Shown here: one piece after another, positions 41,200 to 55,199 of the stretch
Layout of the letters: the number at the start of each line of letters is the position of its first letter
How positions within the stretch are numbered: the first letter of the stretch is position 1
Source of the DNA: Cycas panzhihuaensis
Lineage: Eukaryota; Plantae; Cycadophyta
NCBI GenBank assembly: GCA_023213395.1
Contig: CM041465.1
Coordinates: 232,011,741 to 232,075,740, forward strand
DNA: 64,000 nucleotides
Direction of reading: 5' to 3'
Notes under the pieces: generated by a model
Told to the model about the DNA's origin: nothing
What the model saw: the letters and a program-made list of their open reading frames with translations, nothing else
Databases searched by the model: none
Position numbers and translations under genes: made by a program

Positions 41200-42122
41200 G
41201 AACCGGTTGGTCTAATAGGTGACAGAGGCTATGGTGATCGATCAGGATAATGAATTTTGATCCAATGAGATATTATTGCCATTTCTCAATTGCATGGAGA
41301 ATGGCCTTCATTTCTTTTGGGTAGGTTGATAACCTACACTCATGGTTTTTAAGTTTTTGGTTTTCAAAAGCGATTGAGTGTAGATTTTGCGTAAGTATGA
41401 CACCCAAGCCAAAACCTGATACGTCGCATTCTAGTTAGAATGGTTGAGAGAAGCCCGGTGTAGCCAAGACTGGAGTGGAGGACATGACTTCTTTAAGATG
41501 AATAAAGGTGTCATTAGCGGTGGGTGACCATTGGAAAGAATCTTTCTGGAGTGAATTGGTTAATGGTGTCGTTAAGGTCGCATAAATCTGAACGAACCAC
41601 CTATATAATCCAATTATCTCCAAGAAAGCACTCAACTGGGTAAGGTTTTTTGAAGTTGGCTAGTTTGTAATGACTAATATTTTATTAGGATCAATCTGAA
41701 GACCTTTAGCAGAGATAATGTGGCCATGGTATTGTAGTTCAGATTTACCGAACTCACATTTGGAGAGCTTGGTGTATAATTGGTGTTTAGCCAGAATTTT
41801 TAGGACAATCTCTAAATGATGAGTGTGAATGGCCATACCCATGCTATAGATGAGAATATCATCAAAGAAAACAATAACGAATTTCCTAAGGTATGGAGCA
41901 AACACCTTGTTCATTAGGAATTGAAATGTAGCTGGAGCATTGCACAAGCCGAAAGGTATGACATGAAATTCAAAATGGTTGTGGTGTGTTCGAAAAATAG
42001 TTTTGTGCCAATCTTCAAGTGCAATGGGGATTTGATAATATCCTGATTAGAGATCCAACTTGGTAAAGACTATGGCACCATGAATTTCGTCTAATATGTC
42101 GTTGATTCTTGGAGTGGGGAAC
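41200..42122 (-). pseudogene. Ty3/gypsy (chromovirus-like) RT-RNase H fragment
   Basis: PFGLCNAPATFQ...VFFDDILIYS (ORF 41660-41947) and TPVLATPGFSQPF. PPT-like AAGGAGGGGAC on the minus strand at ~41184-41195. Confidence 0.9.
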
Positions 42123-42659
42123 TTTTTCTTTTTTTTAAATGGTTATTTTTGTTTTGATAACATGCCTATTTTCAGAGGCCAAATGAAGGAGAGGGTCGCA
42201 CCTATTGTCTCCAAGATTGTTTTTACAAATGATCAAGGCTTTTCTATTTATAGCCTTTATTTTCTCTCTCCAACTCCTAATTTTACATGAAACTTAGTAA
42301 TATTACAATACAATGGGTATAAAACCATGGGCTAAAAAGACTCTGTAAGAGCCCCAAAAGTCCTAGTTCAGAGTGATATTAAAAGTCAATACTTTGTTGG
42401 TGAATGTGAAATAGACAGCGATTCTTCTTTCGTATTTTGCTAGTAGTTAGCATTGCACCTTTTGGTTTGTTTTTTGATAACAATATGGTCCTTCTCCCTT
42501 CTAAAGTCCACAATCTTAGGCATTTTAGTAGGACACGCAGGCTAAAACTAAATTCCCTGTAATTTTCACAATTTTGCTCCAAAACTTGTGGTATAACCAT
42601 TTAAAATTTTCATTATAGCTAAATAAAAAGGGAACAAGTCTTTCAAGAAGGACACTCAA

Positions 42660-43704
42660 CAACATCAATAATTGGCTCAAAAAGAATAATAGAAATCTTG
42701 CTTTTTACTATAATATACTAGGCCATTTCTAAAAGAATTTTTGAAAATGGCATTCTGATAAGAAGAAGAAGGAAGGCCAGTAAAAACAAGGAAGCAAATT
42801 GCCTAGTAGGACACATCTCGAAAGAATCAACTAGCTTAGCTCATAAAGGGAAAAAAACTTTTCTTAGCAACTTCATAAAATAGTTCTAGTGATGTTTAGT
42901 ATATTGATTTAGGAGCTTCTAAACACATGATAGGCAGGATTAACTTGTTTAGACATGTGGGAAGTAATGGGACATACAGTAACATTGGGAAATAACAAAG
43001 TATTAAATGTAGAAGGGATAGGTGAAATTCCATTCATTGAACCTGATGGAGAGAATTACTACATTGAGGATGTAATGCATGTGCTAAGTTTGAATAAGAA
43101 TTTGATCTCTACCAGCCAAATCAAGGACAACAAGATGAGTGTACTCTTCAAATATGGAAAGGCCACTAGTAGTGATCATGAGGGAAAAGTTATTGTAAAA
43201 GATGTAAGAGATGGTGGTCTATATAGGCTCCTAGGTAAATTTGTAAACCAAAGACCCTTATCTGCTGATGTATCATGTAAATTTTAATTATGGAATGAAA
43301 GAATAGGCCATTAGCATTATCCTTGTCTCCATTTAATGTATGAATTAAATATGGTGCATGGTTTTCCAAAATTCAAAACAACAAAAAACACCCGTGAACC
43401 TTTCATTTTTGGAAAATAACATAGGGAGAAGTTTCTAAAAGGTAAGGTTTGGAGGGCAACTACAAAGTTGTGCCTACTCCACTTAAACATTTGCGGTCCT
43501 ATGCCAACTACTTCAATTGAAGGTGCAAGATATTTCTTGACCTTTATTGATGACTTTTCAAGGAAGGTTTGGGTGTATCCCATTAAGGAGAAGTCCAAAA
43601 CATTTGACATTTTTAAGAAGTTCAAAGTGAAAATGGAGAATAAAAGTTGTTATAGGATGAAGATCTTTAAATCAGATAACGGACAAGAATCTCCAAATAG
43701 TTAA
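42660..43704 (+). pseudogene. Ty1/copia fragment (zinc knuckle, protease, integrase N-terminus)
   Basis: YIDLGASKHM (~42900), ORF 42955-43287, HLNICGPM..FLTFIDDFSRKVWVY (43468-43704). Confidence 0.88.
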
Positions 43705-44621
43705 GTTTCTCTATCACAATTGAGAGTATTTCTTGTTTTATTGTTGGAAATCAGACAAGAGTAGAATAATCACCAATAAATTTATTATGAGAGATCAACT
43801 CTACATATATACAATGATATATTGTAACTGTCATATGTCTGTTAGAGTATAATGTTTAATGTTGTATGTGTCTAAGTAAAGTGTGTCTTAGGGTCAATAG
43901 TCATAGTCTTAAGTATTGGGGTTTAAGAGTCATTTATAATATTATGTGGGAAAATAGAAGCTCATTGATTAGTTAGTTGGTGTAATGTCATTGGCTAGGT
44001 TAGAGGTAATTGTCCCACACACATTAGATCTCTTGTATGTTCTCCCACCTATTTTGTATATAAAGGTGGTTGAGGTTGTGTGTTTTATCAAGTCATCATG
44101 GAGACTCATGTTGAGTCTATGGTGCAGTAGTGTTATGATCTGATTACTTTGAGTTAATACATTTTGATCTTTGCTCATTGATGTTTTGATGTTGGTGATG
44201 AATGCTTTCCATGTTAAAATCTAACATGGTATCATAGTAGGTTATCTTGTTGTAAGAAGAAGATTGAGAGAGGAGAAGTCCATTGAAGGACAAAGCGTTC
44301 AAGCTAGGAGGTAGCTCCGTCAAGTCGGTTGGAGCTTGAATTGGAAGAGAAGCTTCAAGGCCATGTGTTGATATAAGATAGGAATTTTCTCGGGTAACTC
44401 TGTTCCTTCATTTTTATGAAGTCTTTGATTTACAAAAGGGTGACAATCTAGGATAGCGGGAAGGCGAGATTATACCTGCTGTGGTGGTTGTCCCTAGTAC
44501 TTGCATGTTGTTATGGTTGGTTGATACATACTTGGTCTTTGAACCTTTATCGTTGCCGACATATTCGCCACCGTGACTGTGTGTATCTCTTGTTGTTACA
44601 TTCCGCTTGAATTGTGGAAGC

Positions 44622-44705
44622 ACCGTTCATGTTTATGTGATGTCATTATCGTCATTACCGTTCATGTTTATGTGATGTCATCACCATTCATGTTCATGTC
44701 ATGTT
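44622..44705. repeat. Three degenerate copies of CCGTTCATGTTTATGTGATGTCAT
   Basis: Direct repeats starting at ~44622, ~44658 and ~44684. Confidence 0.75.
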
Positions 44706-45119
44706 TGTGCTCGTGCGTGGTCACATGAATTGCGTCAACCACCCCTACACTATGCAAAAAGAAATCGACCGCAATGCTGATGGTAGGGAAAAACCTTTGA
44801 AAGGACAGCGTGAGACCGGCGATAGTTAGTAACCCTATCGCAATATATCTGTTTTCTGTGCCCCTCTTCGTGCTTATTCTGCTGGACGATCTGAAGAGGT
44901 GAAGCTCCTTTTGCTTGTGCCGTTTTTTGCATTTTCTCTTTTCAGGACTACCGTATTGCTCAGGATTGTCATGGCTGGCAGAAACCGTCTACTTCGCCAC
45001 GAGCATTCGAATTAATAAACTAATTATTGCAAAACCTTATGTTTTATCTGAAATAAATAAATTGAATTGAGGGCTTGCCGGAGGTCAACAATTGCAACGT
45101 CAGCAGCAGTCGTGGAGCG

Positions 45120-45512
45120 ACCATTTCTTTAATATGAGATTGGCCAATTGCTAGAGTCCATCTCTCCAACATATCGTGAACACAGTCAGTTACAATTGGA
45201 ATCATACCCTTTAGCTATTTGGCGTGGAAAGCTCAATTGATGATTCTTCTGTTTTTTTTCATTTCTTGCCAATCGAAGTAGTAAGGCCATCTTCGGTGAA
45301 TTGACTTAAAAAAGCAGGTAAGGGAGCCCTATCATACTGGGCGAATTTCGTGGATAGAATCTCTCTGATAAGTTCAGGGTCCTTGATGTTCACTCTGGGA
45401 GTCCATCTGAACCAGTCCACAAAAACGCGGCCGTAATTATTGAGACAATGACTGTAGAAAGGGCTAACATGCGGCATTATGTTGTGACAAAGGGCCATAG
45501 GTTTTGAGCCCA
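45120..45512 (-). pseudogene. Processed cytochrome P450 fragment (CYP72 clan, N-terminal third) inside element E
   Basis: SKPMALCHNIMPHVSPFY..NYGRVFVDWFRWTPRVNIKDPELIREILS..GL..GKK*, then after a frameshift RRIIN*AFHAK*LKGMIPIVTDCVHDMLERW. Confidence 0.88.
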
Positions 45513-46789
45513 AATTAAGGTGGCATGAAATAAGGTTGCTCGACCGCCGTAGGAGATTGTGGCACTGAAAATACACTTAGACTTGGTGATGCAATTCAAT
45601 GTCGTGAATGTGGTTATCAAATCTTGTTTAAGAAGTTCTGTTGCAAGGTGCGCATATTGCTGTTCTTGTAGGGTTTCATTGTAGGGCCTTCCTTGAGCAA
45701 TAATGGTAGTAGTTGTAATTCATTATCTGCTTGGGGGAACATGAACTGCAGCTCGATTCAAGCTCAACCAGGTTTCAAGTTGTTATGGATGGACCTGCGC
45801 CGCTTGAGCCAGTAAGTTACATTTGTGGAGATTTATGTAATCTGGTCACTTGCTTTGCTTACTGCCATTGAAGTACTGTGAAGAGATTGTGCGAAGGGTG
45901 TGAAGCTTAGGATTTCGATAATAGGTGGAGGCTTTAAGGATAATAGACAGACGACATCCCATTATTGGCTTTGGTTGGATTTTTTCTCAGCTATTTCCAA
46001 TTGCTCTGATTCACAAGCTAAACGAACAGCCCATTCTTCTCTGATTGCCTTGAAATCCTTGGGAGGAGCCCTCACTAGGGTGGCAACTGCTGCATTGTAA
46101 GCCTTCGTGGCAGTGGCGGTCTGATTCAAATGTTTCTACACTTCAGAAAGTGATAGAGAAGAAGCTTTCATCTGGATTTGCACCTTCATCGTGGAGAGAT
46201 TCATGCCTCCTGAGACAATAGCATTGGTAATTTCCTACCGATCGATGTAGGGTTTAGTTGGAGGACAGAAACATGAAGCTCGCCCACTTATCTATTTAAT
46301 CAATCGCAATTGATTCATTAACATGGAGTTTAATATATTGGGCCATTGATATTTGGTATTTGATTTATCCACTATAGTACCTCATTTTAATTATGGGTTA
46401 AAATCGCCCTTGGTATGGTATATTTCTTGTTGCATAAAGTTTTTTTAAGGTATTTTCCAAGTTAGTAGATATGGTGTTTACCTTTGATAGTGATATATGA
46501 GGATGAGGTAGTGTCTCATTAGTAACATGAGGTGATTATATATTTTTGCATGTGGTTATCAATGGGCGAGTAAGGGCAAGTTTTGGGCTAGAGCTATCGA
46601 TCTCAATGTTGAAATCCATTGATTGACAGTAGGACAAGTTATTCGGTAAATATTCTTGGTTTGACATGGCTATGAAGACATAATCTTTGAGTAATGTTTT
46701 TGTGTTCAATCATACAGTATGGAGTTAAGTGAAATCATTACCTTTGTAGCAGAGAAAGAAGAATTTTGGGTAACAGGCACCAACATAGC

Positions 46790-47208
46790 TCTATCTAAAT
46801 ATGTTGGAATTAATTTTCGAATATGGAAAATTAAAATGGAATGTCTTTAGAATAAAGGGATTATGGAATGTTGTGCTTGGAAGAGTCTCAATCAATGAAG
46901 AAGGGGTGGTAACCTTCAAAAGGAAAAATAGAGTAGTTGTTGATGCAATGGTTGCAACATTCGACAAGGAGAACCTTCATCCTTCATATCACTTCCTTGT
47001 CCAAACTCTTCAAAATACCGACTCAGCTAAAGATGCCTGGAATCTACTGGTAGAAGTACATGAAAAGGGACCGGAAGAAGTGCAGAAAAGTATCAGAAGG
47101 ACAAGGAATCAAAGAAAGAAGCTGAAAAGGAAAGCCAAAAATCAACCTGATTCTAGTAAGGACAATCCTCACATAGACTCAAATGATATTCCTAAAGCAA
47201 ATGGATAG
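46790..47208 (+). pseudogene. gag: Truncated copia gag of element E
   Basis: GINFRIWKIKME followed (frameshift) by IKGLWNVVLG and DSAKDAWNLL. Confidence 0.75.
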
Positions 47209-48741
47209 GAGTCTGATGATCTTTGCTCAAAATCTGATGAAGATTTGAATTCACCAAATGACCTGAGCCTCACCAAAATTATAGGAAAGCCTACATTTGG
47301 GATTGTTGGAAGAGTGGAAGTTGAAGAACTTGAACCCCAACCTTTATAGGTATTTCTTCATGGAGACACATGCACCCTAACAGAAGTTATGGGCAATATT
47401 GTCCTAGTTTATGTTGACAGATTGGTAGCTAGAATTCAAATGATGTCAGGACATACAGTGATATGCATGTATTGGAGACTTTCTATGATTCCTCTCAACT
47501 TAATCACATCTTCTATTTTCATCCTCAAAAGAATCAAAATTGTGACAACATATCCTACAACAACACTAGAAAGTTCTTTTAAAGAAAGAAGGAGCATAGG
47601 CAGGATATTATATGATCAAAATCTTGTCTATCAAGACCATAGTATGTTTTGGATAGGCTACTTGATCATGAGGTTCAATCATATTAAAATAATGTTCCAT
47701 CTTTGTATAGCCATAATCGGAAAATATGTGCATGTAGTTATCATGGAAATCCTTATCATACTTGGTACAAAGAATTTCTTGGGTAATATGGAGAAAACAA
47801 GGCATCTTGTTAGTTCTGCACATGTAGTTGAACAGGTGAAGTTAGGAAAGGGACCACCATTATCGTTGCTCTTTTCCTTTCAAGGGGGTGATCATTGGCT
47901 CAAGAAATCAATCATCCTAGCAGACTTGGAGACAAATAAGGAGGAATTTACTCACTTTATGAAGTCGAAATCACATATAATCATATGTGATCTAGGAAGA
48001 CCACACCTTCACTAGGAACACAAGAAGATTCATCAGACAACAAATAGGAGGCAGAATGGCAAACAAGACATACAAGTTTTGCAGTGTATTGGTTGAAGAC
48101 AAAGCTTATGACATCGTCTTCAGAAAAATTCCAAGACTCGGGAAATGGAAGTTTAAACTCAAGTCAAGTCCTATGTCAACTTGTGTCAATCTTGTCAAGA
48201 TGTCCTTAGTTATTGTAGTCTTAATATTAAACATCAAGGGGAGGTGTTAGAGTATAATGTTTAATGTTGTATGTGTCTAAGTAAAGTGTGTCTTAGAGTC
48301 AATAGTCATAGTCCTAAGTATTGGGGTTTAAGAGTCATTTATAATATTATGTGGGAAAAGAGAAGCTCATTGGTTGGTTAGTTGGTGTAATGTCATTGGC
48401 TAGGTTAGAGGTAATTGTCTCACACACATTAGATCTCTTGTATGTTCTCCCACCTATTTTGTATATAAAGGTGGTTGAGGTAGTGTATGTAATCAAGTCA
48501 TCATGGAGACTCATGTTGAGTCTATGGTGCATTAGTGTTCTGATCTAATTACTTTGAGTTAATACATTTTGATCTTTGCTCATTGATGTTTTGATGTTGG
48601 TGATGAATGTTTTCCATGTTAAAATCTAATAGTGCCTGAGTGACACGTGGCAGACACTTGTCTTATGATACACAAAGAGGGGTTTTACATGATCCTCATT
48701 TACACATTCCTAGATGAAACATTATATTCTAATACCCTCTC

Positions 48742-51700
48742 TTAATGTTTCATCCTTTCAATCCTATTTTATCTCTGAGAATTAGGAAATTGTCTTTGCG
48801 AAGAGGCTTTGTTAAAATATTTGCAATTTGTTCGTTTGTTGAATAATATGTTAAATCAATTTCTTTGTTCTGCACCTTTTCTCTTATGAAGTGATGATGT
48901 ACTTTAATGTGCTTTGTTCGAGTATGGAGAACTGGATTCTTGGCCAGTTTGATGGCACTTTGATTATTGCAAAACAGGGTGGTTGACTCCTTTCATTGTT
49001 GATTTAAGTCTGAAAGTAGTTGTCTGAGCCAAACTACTTCACATGTTGCACTGACGGTTGACTTGTATCCAACTTATGTAGATGATAGAGCAATTGTAGG
49101 TTGTCTTTTGCTACTCTAAGAGATTGTTGTTGATCCAAGGAAGAAACAATAATCACTTGTTGATCCTCTTTTTTTTGTCTCCAACCCAGTTTGAGTCACA
49201 GTATCCAATTTGTTTACTTGTTCTCAATTTTGGATATATGAGTTTTAGATCAACTATTCCTTTTAAGTATCTGAGTATTCTTTTTGCTGCTTTTCGATGT
49301 CTCACCTTTGGATCCTGCATATATCTAGAAACTAGACTTACTAAATATGAGATATCAGGTCTAGTTGTGGTGAGATAGATTAGGCTACTTATCAGTTGCC
49401 TATACAATGTTCCATTGACTACAGATTCACCTTTACCTGGAGTGAGATCACAATTGACTTCCATAAGAGTGATGCAACTGTTGCTTTCTTCCATCTTGAA
49501 TTTCAATAGCAGATTTTAATGTATCTTCTCTGGGACAAGGAAATTGAATCTTCTTTTTGACCAACCTCCATCCCTAGATAGTAGTTCAATAGCCTTAAAT
49601 CCGTCATCTCAAAGCCCTTTTTCAATTGAGTCCTTATAGTGGCTATTGACTCAGTATCATTACCTGTGAGAATCATATCATCTACATAAACTATAATGAT
49701 TGTGATTAGTCCTTGTCTTTTCTTGGTGTACAAACTGGAGTCAGAGTTGCACCTGCAAAAGCCATTTTGGATGAGATATTTATCTAGCTTTGCATACCAG
49801 GCCCTTGGGGCTTGTTTTCACCCATATAATGCCTTTTTCAACCTACAAACAAAATTTTCTTTCCCATGCTGGACAAATCCTTCAGGTTGTTTCATGTAGA
49901 CTTCCTCCTCAAGTTCACTGTTTAGGAAGGCACTTTTTACATCCAACTAATAAATTTTCCAATTGTTTTGAGTTGCCAAGGCTATTACTACTCTCTCAGT
50001 GTCTAATTTGGCTACTGGTGAGAATGTCTTCTCATAATCTATTCTGGCAGTCTGAGTGTATTCTTTGACTACTAGCCTGGCCTTACATTTACTTATTTTG
50101 CCATCAACATCTACCTTTATTTTAAATACCCACTTGCAATTGACAACTAGTTTTCTTGTAGGTAAATTTACCAATTCCTAGATCTAATTTTTAGAGATTG
50201 ACTCCATCTCTTCATTGATTGCAGCTTCCCATTCCTTGTGTCCTTTTGCCTCTTCAAATGACTGTGTTTCTATGTTAGTGAACAGGGCTTGATGCTTCTG
50301 ACTTCTCATCCTATTTGTGTACACATCTCCCTTGCCTTCCTCAATGGTTTTATGATACCATTTTGGTATCCTTTTTTCCTTCCTTTTTCTTTCTTCTTCA
50401 ATCATTGTATCTATGGGAGACAATCCTTATTCTCCAATGATAGAGCTTTCATGAGATTGTGATGCCCTTTCTAAATCACCTGTCTCTATGTTTTCTGAGG
50501 TGATTCCAGAGACTCCTTCAGTAGGAGGTTCTACTTGTAAAATTTTCTTGAGCACTTATTCAATTAACTAAACTGGAGTGTCCCTTATGAGATCAACTTC
50601 ATTGAAAACAACATCCCTACTTATATAGACCTTATTTGTTTTAGGATTTATACATTTGTAGGCTTTTGAATTTCTACTGTAGCCTACCATTATGCATTCT
50701 ATGCTTTTAGAATCTAGTTTTAATCTCTTTTTATCTGGTATATGGACAAAAGCTTGACATCCAAAGACTCTTAAATTACTTACATCTGGTTTGGTTCCAG
50801 TCTAGGCTTCTTCTGGTGTAATATGTTCCAGGGCCTTTATAGGACTTCTATTTATAAGATAACTAGCTATGCAGACTGCTTTAGCCCAATAAACTTTTGA
50901 GATCTGACTATCTTCGATAATGCTACGAGCCATCTCCATTGGACTGTGGTGTGTATGGAGTTGTGAATTGTTTGCATATTCCATGTATCTTGCAATAATT
51001 CAAAAAATCTTTTAAGATGTACTCGCCTCCACCATCTGATCTGACACATTTTATTTTGGCCCCAGATTCCAGTTCAACTTCAACTTTAAATTCTTTAAAT
51101 TTGTCAAAAACCTCAGATTTGCTGTAGAGAAAATAAATCTAGGTTTTCCTAGAAAAATCATCAGTGAATGTTAGAAAATACCTAGCACCATTAATTGAGC
51201 AGGGTGTGAGGGGTCTATACAAATTAGTATGCCCCAATTCTAGCTTGCTTTGAGCTTGTCATTCATTTAATTTAAAAGGAAAATGATGTTGTTTCCCGAG
51301 CATGCAACTTTTACAAACAAGATGTTGAAATGAAATATTTGGAAGACCGTTAACCATTTCAAATTTTTGCAATTGCATCAACCTGTTTGATAAGATATGC
51401 CCATACTTCAAATGCCATAATTTATTATTATCAACATTGGTTGTAGTACATGCTTTTACAATGACAGTCATAGGATTAGAAAGTAATCTATATAGGTCAT
51501 TACTTTCTATACCTTTTGCAATCACAACTCCACGCTTTTTCATGTCTAAAATATGACAATATCTATCTTCATCAAACACAATCCCCAGCTTTTTCTTTCT
51601 AAGTTGGGAAATAGAAAGGAGATTCTTTTTTAAGCCAAAAACAAAGAGCACATTTCCAATTTTACGTATAACCCCTTTTATTTTTATTGCTATGGTGTGG

Positions 51701-52816
51701 ACCCCTTTGATATGAATAGGGTATTTGTCCCTTAACTCAACAGACTTGTTTGAGGTGTAAGGTTTTAGTAATTTGAACTGGTCTTCTCGTCTGGTCATGT
51801 GTCTTGACGCTCCAGAATCAATGTACCACATCTCCTTGTCTTCAAGACTTGTAGTGAGTGCAGCAATGAAGGGAGTTTCTTCTTTGTCTTCGTTATCCTG
51901 CTCTTTACTATAGTTTCCTGTAGGGCATTTTCCTTTTTGAATTTCAGCTCTTCTTTGTGGACATTGATAAGGATAATGCCCGATTTGTTCACAGTGGTAA
52001 TAGACATCAAAGACTCTACAACTGCTAGAAAAGTGGCCTGGTTTTTTGCAATTGAAGCACACTCTAGCTTCTTAGGGTGGAATGTTGTGTCCTTGTCCTT
52101 GGTTGTCTTGCCATCTCTCGTGAGACAAACTTCTGGTATCTAGAGCCCTAGCACAATTGCGAAATTGTCGCCTTCCTCTAGGTCCTAAATAAAGTTTGGT
52201 GACAAAGGCATCCTCCATCTCTGTTGTACATTCATATTGCTTATTTCTTTGCTCTTGTCTCAACAACAATCCTGTTAATGTATCAAGAGTCATTGTATTA
52301 ATGTGATCATTATTAGTGATTGTGTTGATTGTAACATCAAATGATTTTGGGAGCTTGCTTGCTATCATTTTGACAATCTCTTGTTCTTCTATTTTTGCTT
52401 TTGCACTTAACAAGTCATTTTTGATTAAAACAACTCTATGAAGAAATTATGAAGTTGTTTTAGTTTCTTTCATGTATAGCTTGAACAATTCTTCTTTCAA
52501 GGCTATGATCCGAGCCCTTTTTTTCTAGACATACATATTTTCAAACATTTTCCAGACTTGTAAAGATGAATTCATATTTTCAACATAAACAAGAAGCGGA
52601 TATGAAACAGAGAGTTCTAATGTGATTAATCTTGCATTATCTCTCTTCCCAACTAAGTAGGTCAATGTCATCATCAACAAGTTTTGTTTCTAAACCTGTG
52701 GCTATCTTCCATGCATTTCTGGCTCTTAGCAAAGTTTCTACTTTGATTTTCCATATATGATAGTTGGAAGCAGTAAGTTTGTCCTGATCAAACAAAGCCA
52801 AGACAATGGAAGCCAT
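48742..52816 (-). pseudogene. Copia D gag-pol remnant
   Basis: ORFs 51259-52062 (two zinc knuckles, WYIDSGASRHM), 49503-49733 (YVDD), 49153-49506. Linker RIPKWYHKTIEEG matches G's KLPKWYIKTVEEG. Confidence 0.93.
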
Positions 52817-55199
52817 TCTAAATGCAGAGAACTAGGTCTAAAACTAGAGACAGTGTCTAGTTGTACAGTTGTACCAATTTTTGTATGGAAATGAGGGTGT
52901 ATGGACTGGTATGAAATAATCCTCAAATCGAAGTATTTAACGAGAAGACTTTAGATCTGTGATTATTTTCTGGAGATGTTTTTCTGTTAGGGAGAAAATT
53001 GGCTCGAAAGCTTCAAATGGGCAGCTAAGTTTTTGAAGAAAAAATGTTTTTAATTCTTCAAATCTAGTGCATACTGGAAAAAGGGTTAAACTCCCTCAAA
53101 ATGACTTTGGACTACTTCATGTCAGTTGAAAGCGTTGTTGTCCGCACTAAGATCTACCTTTTGGCCAAGTTTCATCGAATTTTGAGCACTTTGATTTTTT
53201 GCATTTGTACAGGTCCGTACAATTTCGTACAGAATTAAATTCTGCAACCTTCGTAATCTCTTGGAGAAATCTGATTTTGTTCTTCTCCTTGAATTAACTA
53301 TGGCCTCTGAGTTCTGTTTCAAAATGACTCACACAAATTGCAAATTCTTCTTGTCAGGCATACAAGCTAACCCACCCTAATAACATGTTGGAAATTAGAT
53401 AGGAGTAGAATAATCACTGATAAATTTATTATGAGAGATCAACTCTATATATATACAATGACATTGTAACTGTCATGTGTTTGAGTGACACGTGATAGAC
53501 ACTTGTCTTATGATACACAAAGAGGCGTTTTACATGACTCTCATTTACACATTCCTAGATGAAACATTATATTCTAGCATTTACATCTAATACATTCTTT
53601 AGCTCTGACCTTGAAATTGGGCCTGTAATAGATTCACTATTAGTAGCATAAACTCTATTTATTCTAGCAACTCTCTGCCCCCATCTTCTTGTGGTTTTGT
53701 TGTATTTAACATAGAGGGATCAAAGGTTTTGAATGGAATTGTTGTGAATTATCCTTTAATATAGATAGGAATAGCTTAAGTTGTTGGGCATCTGACAAAT
53801 AATCATGGCTTCATTAAATTTGAAAAGAAGGATGTTTGGGTCTTCAAATTTCTTATCGTGGAATTGTGGGAGATTATGTGGCGTCCCCTTCATGCTTGTA
53901 GATTAATCTTCTTGATCAAATATAATTAGTAATCCAATGGATCATACTTCATCCTTATAGTATTTAACCATAGCTTGTTTCTAAATTTTCTTACATATTT
54001 CTTTGTTGGACTGCCTGAATGTTCCTTCTTTGGGCTCTACTGAAATGACTTAAATTGCTCTACTACAAACTTTCCCAATGCATCTCAATATTAGCTATTC
54101 AACCCCTAATATTTTAAAAGTTTTTAATGCCCATTTTCTTTCTATATGCCGATGGGTTTTGCTCACTAGGTTCCCAATGATGGCAGCAAAATGACCCCTC
54201 TTAAAGTGATTTTCTAACTTCAATGAGATTCCATGAAAACCAAATGAGAAAATTATGTCAAATTTAGTGTACATAAACTTACAAACTGGCAGACTAAGAA
54301 TTCACTAAACTAAGGCTATGCAACAACAATAAAAAATCTACCAACTAGTGATACTACAAGAAATCAAGCAACAATACTTTTGACCCAACAGTAGATAATA
54401 AATGGATGATGAGGCGAGTGAAAGATGGACAAGAATGGGAATTTACCATGGATTAATGGTTGTTTGGGAAGGATATGGGACCCCCCTACATAGGGATCCC
54501 TTGTAGAATTATGTGATTCAAAGGGATTGGGTAATATTGGCACTTCTAGGCCTAGGTAGGACAAATAGCTTAGGTTTGTCATGTTGGTTGAATAGCTAGT
54601 GACTATAATTGGTTTGTATTGAAAGTTATAAATCCCATCTTGAGCTTCAATTTTCATATAAAACAAAAACATTCAATATCAGATAATAGCTTAACAACAT
54701 TTTGCTTTTGTGCACGAGGAGCTAAAAGGGTGAGGAGAATAAGGTCCTCATAAGAATTGAACTTGAGTTATGTAAATGTTTGAATCAAACATTGGTGACT
54801 AAATATAAGCATCCATGGGCATTTTGAGTTTGAATGTGTTTAAGTTGTGGGTGATGGGGACTGAATTTGAGATGTTGGCTGGGATGTTGCTTGTGGCACA
54901 ACTCGAGTTACAACTTGTGTTGTAGCTTGTGGAGCAACTTGTGGTGCAACTATATGTTGTTGAGGTTTCACCACTTGTGAAGAAGGATCTGAAAGAGGAG
55001 CCTTCCTTTTCTAGTTGTATGCTCCTGTCCTTTTCTTGGTGAGGGGAACATTATTCTTCAATAAATTATCTACAATTGGCACCTCATCATTTCATAAGTT
55101 AGGAAGGTTGACAACACTTGTCTCATCAAATTCACTCGAGGAAAATGTTGGCCATGCGGTACAACCTTTTCCTCAAATTTTGGGTTTCTAAATCGTTCA

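Larger units (their letters stand above)
43840..48631 (+). mobile_element. Non-autonomous copia-type element E (gag only, no pol) with captured sequences
   Basis: 387-bp LTRs at 43840-44226 and 48245-48631, about 15 differences by eye. PBS 44227-44238. PPT 48236-48244. Degenerate TSD ATGTC/GTGCC. Confidence 0.93.
43742..53579 (-). mobile_element. Ty1/copia element D (related to G, older); 3' LTR split by E
   Basis: LTRs 53386-53579 and 43742-43839 plus 48637-48734. Reverse PPT 48735-48742. Degenerate reverse PBS 53374-53385. TSD TTTAT/TTTAC. Confidence 0.92.

Noticed and set aside
45259-45576. Functional P450 gene
   Set aside because: Stops and a frameshift, no membrane anchor, no heme-binding region, and it is embedded in an LTR element.
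47389-48015. 208-aa ORF as a host gene
   Set aside because: Lies inside element E, has I/L/M-rich off-frame composition and no recognisable domain.
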